A stretch of DNA of 32,000 bases from Coleofasciculaceae cyanobacterium OTE_70_metabat_329 (lineage in GTDB: Bacteria; Cyanobacteriota; Cyanobacteriia; Cyanobacteriales; JAAUUE01): positions 1,664-33,663 of the forward strand of contig JANMHD010000334.1 of NCBI GenBank assembly GCA_031374985.1, written 5' to 3'. The notes beneath the pieces are model-generated. The model did no database searches and was not told the DNA's origin. It worked only from the letters and a program-made list of their open reading frames with translations. Below, in pieces: positions 17,936-25,901 of the stretch. The first letter of the stretch is position 1. Every line of letters begins with the position of its first letter. Position numbers and translations under genes: made by a program.

Positions 17936-19207
17936 ATGGAAAACCAGAGACCGATCGCCGTAGACCTATTTGCTGGGGTAGGGGGAATGACCCTAGGCTT
18001 TGAACAAGCCGGATTTGATGTCCTCGCTTCGGTAGAAATTGATCCCATTCATTGTGCTACTCATGAATATAACTTTCCCCTAGGGACAGCAATCTGTGCC
18101 AGTGTTGTAGATCTATCGGGTGATGATATTCGGAGTAAGTCGAAAATTGGCGATCGAGAAGTTGATGTCGTATTTGGAGGGCCACCTTGTCAGGGTTTTT
18201 CTTTAATAGGTAAACGTGTTTTTGATGATCCTCGTAATCAGTTGGTATCGCATTTCATGCGCTTAGTTATTCAACTGAGAGCTAAGTATTTTGTGATGGA
18301 AAATGTTAAGGGTTTGACCCTTGGTAATCATCGCCAATTTGTCGCAGAGGTAATTGAAAATTTCGAGAGGAATGGCTACAAAATTCTTAAACCTTATCAA
18401 GTTCTGAATGCTGCTCATTTTGGTGTTCCGCAACATCGGGAAAGGCTTTTCTTGATTGGTTGTCGTCAAGATTTAAATCTTCCTAGTTATCCTGTGCCAA
18501 TGACTAAACCAGCAAAGGCAAAACGCATTTCTCCGGCGCTGGCTAATCTGCCAGATAGTCCCAAGGTGAGTGATGCGATCGCAGACCTACCAGATGTTTC
18601 TCAATATCCAGAACTAAGCGATCAAGATTGGTGTGTAGCAGAATATCAAAAACCTAAAAGTTCCTACAGCGAATACTTACGAGGATTACAACCAGAGCCG
18701 CATAATTTATCTTATCCTCGGCAATATGATAGTAAATTTCTTACTTCTAGTATTGGTACTGTTCATACCCCTACATCGATCGCCCGTTTTCAGGCAACAG
18801 CCCAGGGTGAGGTAGAAAAAATTAGTCGATTTCTCAAACTTGATCCTAATGGTATTTGCAACACTCTCAGAGCAGGCACTCCCAGTAATCGTGGTGCCTT
18901 TACTGCTCCCCGCCCGATCCATCCCGATCAACCTCGTTGCATTACAGTGCGGGAAGCTGCTAGATTACATTCTTATCCTGATTGGTTTCGATTTCATAGT
19001 ACAAAATGGCATGGATTTCGCCAGATCGGTAACTCAGTTCCCCCCTTGTTAGCTAGAGCAGTTGCGAATCAAGTAAGGGAGGTACTAGGGGTAAGTCTAA
19101 AAAAACCTAAAAAAGTAATTTCTTTACTAAATGATGATAAATTACTGCAATTAAAAATGACAGAAGCAGCAGAAAAATATGGAGTTGATCCCCATGAAAT
19201 TAGGTGA
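17936..19207 (+). CDS. DNA (cytosine-5)-methyltransferase
   Basis: Motif I DLFAGVGGMTLGF, motif IV GGPPCQGFS, motif VI ENV, motif VIII QHRERLF, motif IX TVREAARLHSYPDWFRF and motif X QIGNSVPP. A target-recognition region of about 170 aa lies between motifs VIII and IX. Confidence 0.92.
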   Translation: MENQRPIAVDLFAGVGGMTLGFEQAGFDVLASVEIDPIHCATHEYNFPLGTAICASVVDLSGDDIRSKSKIGDREVDVVFGGPPCQGFSLIGKRVFDDPRNQLVSHFMRLVIQLRAKYFVMENVKGLTLGNHRQFVAEVIENFERNGYKILKPYQVLNAAHFGVPQHRERLFLIGCRQDLNLPSYPVPMTKPAKAKRISPALANLPDSPKVSDAIADLPDVSQYPELSDQDWCVAEYQKPKSSYSEYLRGLQPEPHNLSYPRQYDSKFLTSSIGTVHTPTSIARFQATAQGEVEKISRFLKLDPNGICNTLRAGTPSNRGAFTAPRPIHPDQPRCITVREAARLHSYPDWFRFHSTKWHGFRQIGNSVPPLLARAVANQVREVLGVSLKKPKKVISLLNDDKLLQLKMTEAAEKYGVDPHEIR

Positions 19208-20681
19208 ACTACTGGCAGGAATTGAAGGAGTAGACGTAGCTAATGGAGCTAACTCTACGATCGAAGTTACGGGAATTTCTACTAATTCTCAAATTTGTGA
19301 ACCGGGGGATTTATTTATTGGATTGCCCGGTACTAGGGTGGATGGAGGAGAGTTTTGGCAAGGAGCATTGACCGAGGGAGCGATCGCCGCCTTGATCACT
19401 CCAGAGGCTTTAGCTAAGACTCCTGCCGATCCAGATCAAGTTGTATTCACTACCCCAGATATTATTCTTGCCTGTAGCCAAATTGCCACCAAGTTCTATG
19501 ACTATCCTGCTGCCAAACTAAAACTAGTGGGAGTAACAGGGACGAATGGCAAGACTACTACTACCCACTTAATAGAGTTCATCTTAGAAAAAGCCCAGCG
19601 ATCGCCTGCCCTCCTCGGTACTCTCTACACCCGCTGGCGGGGCTACCAAGCCACTGCTGTAAATACCACCCCCTTTGCCGTGGATCTCCAAGCCCAACTA
19701 GCCCAAGCCCAAGCTGCTGATAGCGAAGTTGCCATTATGGAAGTTAGTTCCCATGCCCTCACCCAGCGACGGGTATTAGGTTGCCCCTTTGAAGTAGCAA
19801 TATTTACCAACCTAACCCAAGACCATTTAGATTTTCACAAGACAATGGAGAATTATTTTCAGGCAAAAGCCCTGTTATTTTCCCCAGACTACCTCAAGGG
19901 CAGAGCAATTATTAACTTGGATGATCCCTACGGTCAAAGATTAGTTTCCCAGATTGCCCCAGAGCAGTTATGGACTTATAGTGTTCATAATACCCAAGCA
20001 GATCTATTTATGAGTAGTCTCGACTACACTGCGATCGGGGTGAAGGGCAGACTGCATACCCCCTTGGGAGAGATAGATTTTTCTTCTCCCTTAGTAGGGC
20101 AATTTAATCTAGAAAATCTCTTAGCAGCAGTGGGGGCTAGTTTACACTTGGGAATTGATTTAGCTCTAATTGCTAAGTCTTTACCAGAATTTGGGGGAGT
20201 ACCAGGACGCATGGAACAAGTCCAAGTTCCGGGACAGGATATCAGCGTAATTGTCGATTATGCCCATACTCCTGATAGCCTAGAAAGTCTCCTGAAGGCT
20301 GCTCGACCATTTATTGCAGGCAAAATGATCTGCGTTTTTGGGTGTGGGGGCGATCGTGATCGAACTAAACGACCCATCATGGGAGAAATTGCAGCCCGAT
20401 TAGCTGATCTAGCTGTAGTAACTTCTGATAATCCGAGAACAGAAAATCCCCAACAAATTCTTCAGGATGTCCTAGCCGGGATTCCTAATAACTATAGTCC
20501 CGTTGTCGAGGGCGATCGATCCCTCGCCATCCGCCTTGCCATCCAACAAGCCCAACCCGGAGATGGGGTATTAATCGCTGGGAAGGGTCACGAAGATTAT
20601 CAAATCCTTGGTACTGAAAAAATTCACTTTGACGATCGAGAACAGGCCAGAGCCGTGTTGAACGATCGTTACTTGCCATAA
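19194..20681 (+). CDS. murE: UDP-N-acetylmuramoyl-L-alanyl-D-glutamate--2,6-diaminopimelate ligase
   Basis: GVTGTNGKTTTTHL P-loop, DNPRTE and GKGHEDYQ motifs. I placed the start at ATG 19194 (MKLGELL, GGAG 9 nt upstream), which overlaps the methyltransferase stop by 14 nt. Confidence 0.93.
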   Translation: MKLGELLAGIEGVDVANGANSTIEVTGISTNSQICEPGDLFIGLPGTRVDGGEFWQGALTEGAIAALITPEALAKTPADPDQVVFTTPDIILACSQIATKFYDYPAAKLKLVGVTGTNGKTTTTHLIEFILEKAQRSPALLGTLYTRWRGYQATAVNTTPFAVDLQAQLAQAQAADSEVAIMEVSSHALTQRRVLGCPFEVAIFTNLTQDHLDFHKTMENYFQAKALLFSPDYLKGRAIINLDDPYGQRLVSQIAPEQLWTYSVHNTQADLFMSSLDYTAIGVKGRLHTPLGEIDFSSPLVGQFNLENLLAAVGASLHLGIDLALIAKSLPEFGGVPGRMEQVQVPGQDISVIVDYAHTPDSLESLLKAARPFIAGKMICVFGCGGDRDRTKRPIMGEIAARLADLAVVTSDNPRTENPQQILQDVLAGIPNNYSPVVEGDRSLAIRLAIQQAQPGDGVLIAGKGHEDYQILGTEKIHFDDREQARAVLNDRYLP

Positions 20682-20714
20682 AACTATTTTTTCTAAAATT
20701 TATACAGTTAATTA

Positions 20715-20736
20715 GGAGCGCAAAGCCTTGCGCCCC
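20715..20736 (+). terminator. Hairpin downstream of murE (terminator-like)
   Basis: GCGCAA-AGCC-TTGCGC stem-loop flanked by GG/CC, 34 nt after the murE stop. The downstream T-tract is only modest. Confidence 0.4.
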
Positions 20737-20774
20737 GATTGTTTATAAAAATTAATCTTTAAATGAATTAATTT

Positions 20775-21095
20775 CTAAGGACTAGTAACTGTGGCCTTTG
20801 ATTTTTCCAGTGTTGCTGATTCTGTCACCCGCAAGCTAGGAAATAGAAAATGATTTTCCTCTACATACTGCGCCCCAAACAAACCCTTCTCTGCCCAAAA
20901 GTAACGATCTGTAGTGTGCTCGTTTCTTTTTACCAAAACTAGGGCTGGAGGTAATATTCCGGCGGATTGAATATATTTTCTAGCAGCAGTTACTGGCTTA
21001 TCTTCGCCACTTTCGATGCTATACTGTGGTACGTTTTCTAAAATTTTGCGCCCTTCTTGGCGACGGCGACTCTTGCGCTTACGTCTTCTTGCCAA
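20775..21095 (-). CDS. Small conserved-looking hypothetical protein with a highly basic N-terminus (possibly the cyanobacterial DUF3155 type)
   Basis: 106 aa, beginning ARRRKRKSRRRQEGRK. TTG start with GGAGGG 8 nt upstream. A near-consensus promoter lies upstream. The family name comes from weak memory only. Confidence 0.6.
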   Translation of the reverse strand: MARRRKRKSRRRQEGRKILENVPQYSIESGEDKPVTAARKYIQSAGILPPALVLVKRNEHTTDRYFWAEKGLFGAQYVEENHFLFPSLRVTESATLEKSKATVTSP

Positions 21096-21155
21096 CTTTT
21101 GTGCCCTCCGAATTTTCTAAGTTAAGATGTAATTATAGCTACAAAATCCGTGCTG

Positions 21156-21184
21156 ATTATATCTGTGCTAGTTAAAAATAGCAA
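21156..21184 (-). promoter_or_regulatory. Sigma70-type promoter candidate for the 20775-21095 gene
   Basis: On the minus strand: TTGCTA, a 17-nt spacer, then TATAAT. The -10 hexamer is at 21161-21156, about 60 nt upstream of the start codon. Confidence 0.5.
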
Positions 21185-21264
21185 TTCGTCTTTACAGATT
21201 GATACAAAGAGTGCTACTCCTCAAAAAATAGCTAATATTTCTTAATCTACAGTCTAGCTCACCC

Positions 21265-21298
21265 AAAAAAATTAAAGGAAGGAATTTAACTTCCTTCC
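21265..21298 (-). terminator. Intrinsic terminator (minus strand), 230 nt downstream of tRNA-Leu
   Basis: On the minus strand, GGAAGGAA-GTTAAA-TTCCTTCC (8-bp stem) is followed directly by TTTAATTTTTTT. Confidence 0.65.
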
Positions 21299-21530
21299 CC
21301 TGACTATTTCCTTTCAGTTTATTTCGCAACATTTGAGTTTGCTTTCTTAATTGCCTTTGCCTAGCAGAGCCACCCTTGCCTTTGTCGTTTCTTCCTTGGC
21401 GGCGGGGAGATTCCCAGCTTTTCAGTCTCTGGTTCATGGGAGTTAGCCTCTCTAATCTCTTTGTCAATTCTCTAGGTATAACTAACCTTGTAGCTAACCT
21501 AAGAGAGCCAGCTTGGAGTTAGACTTTGAT

Positions 21531-21617
21531 TGGTGGGCGGGGGGAGACTTGAACTCCCAAGACCTTGCGGCCGGCAGATTTTGAGTCTGCTGCGTCTACC
21601 AATTCCGCCATCCGCCC
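21531..21617 (-). tRNA. tRNA-Leu (anticodon CAA), class II with a long variable arm and genomically encoded CCA
   Basis: Minus strand: GGGCGGATGGCGGAATTGGTAGACGCAGCAGACTCAAAATCTGCCGGCCGCAAGGTCTTGGGAGTTCAAGTCTCCCCCCGCCCACCA. The anticodon loop is CTCAAAA, the T-arm is GGGAG-TTCAAGT-CTCCC and the variable arm carries a GCAA loop. Total length 87 nt. Confidence 0.93.
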
Positions 21618-22504
21618 TTGATTGGTTCTTGATTATTATAACCTATTGTTTGCCTTTGCAACAAGTTTTGATAATCTTGGGAAGTTGCCCAGCGATCGAT
21701 CTCTTTGGCTCTCAATACAGGGACGGGATGGCTTAGGGAAGCTGTGTGCATAGTTTTTAGCATTTGCCCCATCTCAGTATTACTAATAGATTCGTAAGCC
21801 CGGGCTTGTTCTAGAAAAGCATCTATATTTAATAACGGGGCAAGGGTGGGGGAACCCCCGGCCAGTTTCATTAAGACAGAGGCAACGGTTTTCGGATTTT
21901 GGGTCGCAAGGAGAGCGGCCCGATCGCAACTAAACTCAGCACACCGAACCCATGCTAGCATTTGCTCTCGGAGTTGTTGAGCGATCGCAGTTCCCCAGTC
22001 AGGCAATAAACCCGCTGCTAATACAAATAAATTTGCTAAAGTAATATATACACCGTGTTCGCACTTAAGATGCCCCAACTCATGGGCAATTACTGCTTGA
22101 ACTTCCTCTGGAGTCAGTAGATCAATTAAGGAAGTATGCAGCACTAAAAATGGTTGCTTACCCCGCATCGCAAAAGTATACGCATTGGGCTGGGGGTTTT
22201 GCTGCACGTACATCTGGGGCGGCTCTAAATCTAGAGTAGTGCAAGCTTCTAGGAGTAGTTGATGCAAATGAGGCAATTGGGTTTTGCCGACTAAAATACT
22301 AGCAGAAATATTATTAAGATAGAAAAATTCTTCGGCGATCGGTCCAAGGAAATTCCTGACTAGCAAATCCATTCCCGGCAGTTGCTTCAGGGATTGTGTT
22401 GCAGCCAAGTCTAGGGGGTGACGAAATTGATCTGCTTGAAGACCAAAGAGAGTAATTTTAGGTAGGGTCATGGGAGATAGGGGAAGAGTTGAGCTATACT
22501 TCAT
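21596..22504 (-). CDS. M48-family zinc metallopeptidase (HtpX/Ste24-like)
   Basis: HELGHLKCEH (HExxH) plus a downstream E in RCAEFSCDRAA. 302 aa. An alternative start is ATG 22471. The last 7 codons and the stop lie inside the tRNA-Leu gene. Confidence 0.85.
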   Translation of the reverse strand: MKYSSTLPLSPMTLPKITLFGLQADQFRHPLDLAATQSLKQLPGMDLLVRNFLGPIAEEFFYLNNISASILVGKTQLPHLHQLLLEACTTLDLEPPQMYVQQNPQPNAYTFAMRGKQPFLVLHTSLIDLLTPEEVQAVIAHELGHLKCEHGVYITLANLFVLAAGLLPDWGTAIAQQLREQMLAWVRCAEFSCDRAALLATQNPKTVASVLMKLAGGSPTLAPLLNIDAFLEQARAYESISNTEMGQMLKTMHTASLSHPVPVLRAKEIDRWATSQDYQNLLQRQTIGYNNQEPIKGGWRNW

Positions 22505-22544
22505 TTTACCGCAAATCTAAAATCACGCTAAAGTCCTTCATCCT

Positions 22545-22976
22545 ATGCCCAAGCAGAATACAAATAATAGCTATGGTCATACCCCAACCAATTCCCCAAA
22601 AGAATCCTTAGAAAATCCTTCAGAAAAGTCTCAAGAACCTAGTCATAAATCAAATTCCGCCGTAGAACTTCCTGCCCATGAACATAGCGGGGAACGTCAT
22701 TCCCATGGGCATAGTGCTGATTCCGTCAAGGCAGTGATAAATCGCTTATCAAGAATTGAAGGCCATGTCCGGGCAATTAAAACTATGGTTCAGGAAGACC
22801 GGGACTGTCCTCAAGTCCTAATTCAAATTGCGGCGGTGCGGGGAGCTTTAGATCGAGTAGCCCGGATGATTTTAGATGAACATTTAACGGCTTGCATTGC
22901 CCGTGCCACCCAGGCGGGAAATATTGAACAAGAAATTGAGGAATTAAAAGCGGCGTTGGATAGGTTTTTACCATGA
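22545..22976 (+). CDS. CsoR/RcnR-family metal-sensing transcriptional repressor with a His-rich N-terminal extension (InrS-like)
   Basis: The core INRLSRIEGHVRAIKTMVQEDRDCPQVLIQIAAVRGALDRVARMILDEHLTACI carries the Cys and H-x3-C ligand positions. The N-terminal HEHSGERHSHGHS is His-rich. It resembles, from memory, the Synechocystis nickel sensor InrS. Confidence 0.85.
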   Translation: MPKQNTNNSYGHTPTNSPKESLENPSEKSQEPSHKSNSAVELPAHEHSGERHSHGHSADSVKAVINRLSRIEGHVRAIKTMVQEDRDCPQVLIQIAAVRGALDRVARMILDEHLTACIARATQAGNIEQEIEELKAALDRFLP

Positions 22977-23102
22977 ATTTACCAATCTGCCCTAAATTAA
23001 TTTGTCATGATTGGCAAAAATGTTTGATAATAGTAAGACATCAAGTACGGCTGTTCACCTAAGATTTTATTAAATTCTAGATTGACAGCAGTAAAATTAA
23101 CA

Positions 23103-23333
23103 ATGGCAAAACCTTTCAAGCCCTTGACTAATTTATTCTTCTATGCCGCCCCTGTCGTTAATCATTTTTTGACCAGAGCGATCGCTATTACTAAGCTTTC
23201 TTATTTTTGGTCAGCCGGAAAATTCGGTACTTTAGGGATTCCTGTGGCTGCTCCTAGGGCAGCAATGGGAATTTTTGGTTTGCAGGGGGTTTTATTAGCG
23301 AGAAAAAGTTGTCAAGGTCTCCTTAAAACTTAG
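23103..23333 (+). CDS. Possible small membrane protein (76 aa); doubtful
   Basis: This is the only ORF in a 500-bp gap. It has two hydrophobic stretches, an internal HIP1 site and no SD. It is weakly supported. Confidence 0.3.
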   Translation: MAKPFKPLTNLFFYAAPVVNHFLTRAIAITKLSYFWSAGKFGTLGIPVAAPRAAMGIFGLQGVLLARKSCQGLLKT

Positions 23334-23478
23334 CTTTAAAAGAAATAAGAATGTCCCCCGCAGCATAGGGCATATTCTTACCAAAAAATTATTATCCTAG
23401 GACTACCTAAAGGTAAAATTTTATAGCTAGTTTATAGGTTTAGCGTCAGCCAATTATTCTGTTTAGGAGAAGCCAAAT

Positions 23479-23781
23479 ATGTTACACCGCAAGATTTATC
23501 AACTCTGTTGTGATGGTCGTGAGGTATCTATCTTCTTGAGGGATCAGCAACGCCTGGTGGAACATGCCCGGATTGTAGATATAGAAGGGGATTTGGTAAC
23601 ATTCCGTTATGAAATTGATGATGAGGATGAAATTAGTTCTTGGGAAGAAATGGTCCGTCTGGAAAGTATTGGGGCTGTCACCCAAAAATTAGCCGGCGTG
23701 ATGAAGAGTAACTTTGAGCCGATGACATCTGAAGATTGCCCGGAGGCAGAAAAGCTCCAAAATCCTTTTTCTGAAGAATGA
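23479..23781 (+). CDS. Hypothetical acidic protein (100 aa)
   Basis: AGGAGA lies 8 nt upstream of the ATG. The stop overlaps the next gene's start (ATGA), suggesting translational coupling. Confidence 0.6.
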   Translation: MLHRKIYQLCCDGREVSIFLRDQQRLVEHARIVDIEGDLVTFRYEIDDEDEISSWEEMVRLESIGAVTQKLAGVMKSNFEPMTSEDCPEAEKLQNPFSEE

Positions 23782-24392
23782 GCCTAGGGACTTGGCGATC
23801 GCCCCTTGCTCGGGCTTTGCATCTCAACCGTAGTCTGGTCTATGCCCGTTATTTTCAATTGGCTACGATCGCAAATGATGGGTATCCGGCAAACCGGACT
23901 GTGGTGTTTAGAGGTTTTTTAGCAGAAACTAACCAAATAAAAATTATTACTGACTCCCGTAGCCAGAAAGCTCACCAAGTTAAAGATTATCCCCAAGGAG
24001 AAATCTGTTGGTACTTTCCTAAATCACGGGAGCAGTTTCGTTTTAGGGGTAATCTAACTTTAATTACGGGAGATGATCTAGAACTTCAGCTGGCTAGACG
24101 AGAAATGTGGCAAGATATTTCCCTAGCAGCCCGCAGTCAATTTTTCTGGGCAACACCGGGGGAGTTAAGGGAGATAGTAGGTCAGGGAATGAATCAAGGG
24201 ACGATCAATCTAGAAAAAGAGGATGCAATATTGCAATCCAATCCTGAAGTGCCGGAACCTGTGGCTAATTTCTGTCTGCTACTTTTTGATCCTTTGCAGG
24301 TAGATCACCTAAAACTACAAGGCAATCCCCAAAACCGCCATCAACATAGATGGGATGGAACCCACTGGACAGTCACAGCCATTAACCCCTAG
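23778..24392 (+). CDS. PPOX-class FMN-binding flavoprotein (pyridoxamine 5'-phosphate oxidase-like, Alr4036-type)
   Basis: ARYFQLATIANDGYPANRTVVFRGF...IKIITDSRSQKAHQV...GEICWYFPKSREQFRFRG is the split-barrel PPOX pattern. Confidence 0.8.
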   Translation: MSLGTWRSPLARALHLNRSLVYARYFQLATIANDGYPANRTVVFRGFLAETNQIKIITDSRSQKAHQVKDYPQGEICWYFPKSREQFRFRGNLTLITGDDLELQLARREMWQDISLAARSQFFWATPGELREIVGQGMNQGTINLEKEDAILQSNPEVPEPVANFCLLLFDPLQVDHLKLQGNPQNRHQHRWDGTHWTVTAINP

Positions 24393-24425
24393 GTTTTTGT
24401 GTCATGGCTGTTAGTTTTAAACCTG

Positions 24426-24929
24426 ATGCATAGTTATTATCAAGATTTTTTAATTCGGGATTGGCAGCCAAGCGATCGCACTTCTGCCGCTGGGCTAATT
24501 CAGCAAGTTTTGGCAGAATATGGCTTAGGTTGGCAACCTGAAGGGGCTGATCAAGATGTGATGAAGGTAGAAAAGTTCTACCAGCAAGCTGGAGGGCAGT
24601 TTTGGGTAGTTGTCCAAAATACTGCTCAAGGTACAGAAATTGTGGGGACTGCGGCCTACTATCCCATCACTAGGGGTAAGAAAGCCGTGGAAATACGCAA
24701 AATGTATCTCCACCCTCAAGTCAGGGGCAGGGGCTTGGGCAGCTATCTGTTGGGGCAGTTAGAAGCAGCGATCGCCTCTGGAGGTTGGCAGCAGATCTAT
24801 ATAGAAACTGCTACTGTGCTGAAGGAGGCAGTGCATCTCTACGAGATTCATGGCTATCAACCTACTACGGGGGTAGAAACTCCTAGATGCGATCGCATTT
24901 GTGTCAAGTTTTTAGAGAAATTGCCCTAG
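24426..24929 (+). CDS. GNAT-family N-acetyltransferase
   Basis: Acetyl-CoA binding motif VEIRKMYLHPQVRGRGLGSYLLGQLE. I prefer ATG 24426 over the GTG at 24399. Confidence 0.85.
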   Translation: MHSYYQDFLIRDWQPSDRTSAAGLIQQVLAEYGLGWQPEGADQDVMKVEKFYQQAGGQFWVVVQNTAQGTEIVGTAAYYPITRGKKAVEIRKMYLHPQVRGRGLGSYLLGQLEAAIASGGWQQIYIETATVLKEAVHLYEIHGYQPTTGVETPRCDRICVKFLEKLP

Positions 24930-24957
24930 TTTTCTGTCTTAGATTTAGCTTTTGTAA

Positions 24958-24974
24958 GGTGGGCATTGCCCACC
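24958..24974. repeat. Copy 1 of the 17-nt palindrome GGTGGGCA(T/A)TGCCCACC; terminator-like between convergent genes
   Basis: GGTGGGCATTGCCCACC is followed on the plus strand by CTATTTTTAGTTTTTC. It lies 29 nt after the GNAT stop. Confidence 0.7.
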
Positions 24975-25026
24975 CTATTTTTAGTTTTTCTAAATAGTCA
25001 CGTCTGGTAATTCACGTTAGAGGGTA

Positions 25027-25818
25027 TTAATCAATCTCAATTCTATTAGGGCTGGGGTCTGTCGTGCTAACACCTAGAGGTTGACGATATTGTTGATAAA
25101 TCCGATCACGCCAAGAGAAGAATATATCATAATCACTATTGTCGGCAATACCCGGAATCCCTCTCCCTCTCAGACTTTCATGGACATTAATATAATTTCC
25201 TTCGGGATACTTCAGCAAAATACTTAAACTAGCCACGGTCAAATCTGCCAAAGTAATTTGGTCGCCCGTTAGGTAAGGACTTTGGGAAAGGATCAAACAC
25301 AATGCCTCTAGGTCTTGTTTCAGAGCATCTTGAGCCTCCTTGATGGCATCACTACCCAGACCAATGCCGGAACCCAATACATCAAATACTTCTGAAGGCA
25401 CAGAGCCAATGAAAGTTTTAAGAAAATCTGGGGTAGTGTTAGGCAGGACTGAAGTGCGGAAATTCTGATTCTGTGTCAAGGCTCCGTAGAGCACTTTCCG
25501 GGATTTGACCCCGATCGATTCATCAGCCCACTCTTCCATCATTAAACACAGCCCTTTTTGTTTGGGATCTGTAGGAATTAGAGGTTTTTCTGGGTATTGC
25601 TTATCTAGATAAAAGGCGATCGCTGTAGAATCAGCAATAACTATAGCTCCATCTTTCAGGACTGGAACTCGCCTTTGTCCAGACATTTTGAATACTTCGA
25701 GCTGTCCCACACCGGGAGTTACTTCTATTTTTTTGTAGGGCAGACCTTTGTAATCTAGGATTAGTCTGACTTTCTCGGCATATTGAGATATCTCAAATTG
25801 GTACAGTTCGATCACCAT
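25027..25818 (-). CDS. Glutathione S-transferase family protein
   Basis: N-terminal thioredoxin-like GST fold (LYQFEISQYAEKVRLILDYKGLPYKKIEV...RVPVLKDG) plus a helical C-terminal domain. Confidence 0.8.
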   Translation of the reverse strand: MVIELYQFEISQYAEKVRLILDYKGLPYKKIEVTPGVGQLEVFKMSGQRRVPVLKDGAIVIADSTAIAFYLDKQYPEKPLIPTDPKQKGLCLMMEEWADESIGVKSRKVLYGALTQNQNFRTSVLPNTTPDFLKTFIGSVPSEVFDVLGSGIGLGSDAIKEAQDALKQDLEALCLILSQSPYLTGDQITLADLTVASLSILLKYPEGNYINVHESLRGRGIPGIADNSDYDIFFSWRDRIYQQYRQPLGVSTTDPSPNRIEID

Positions 25819-25901
25819 AAGTTTTACCCTCTTAACACTTTGTTACCTATTATAGTAATCCTAAATGATCTAGGTACATTTCAGAGGAGTGAAATCCGCC
25901 C

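Noticed and set aside
18263-19052. ORFs 18263-18469(-), 18707-18931(-) and 18840-19052(+) inside the methyltransferase gene.
   Set aside because: They are shadow or alternate-frame ORFs within a motif-supported CDS.
21192-21467. A 91-aa basic ORF as a protein-coding gene.
   Set aside because: It reads through a strong intrinsic terminator (21265-21298) and a TTGCTA-17-TATAAT promoter (21156-21184). The C-terminal half looks like translated non-coding sequence. It is kept only as a finding (possible sRNA or short peptide).
21530-21736. A 68-aa plus-strand ORF.
   Set aside because: It is the antisense translation of tRNA-Leu and of the M48 peptidase 3' end.
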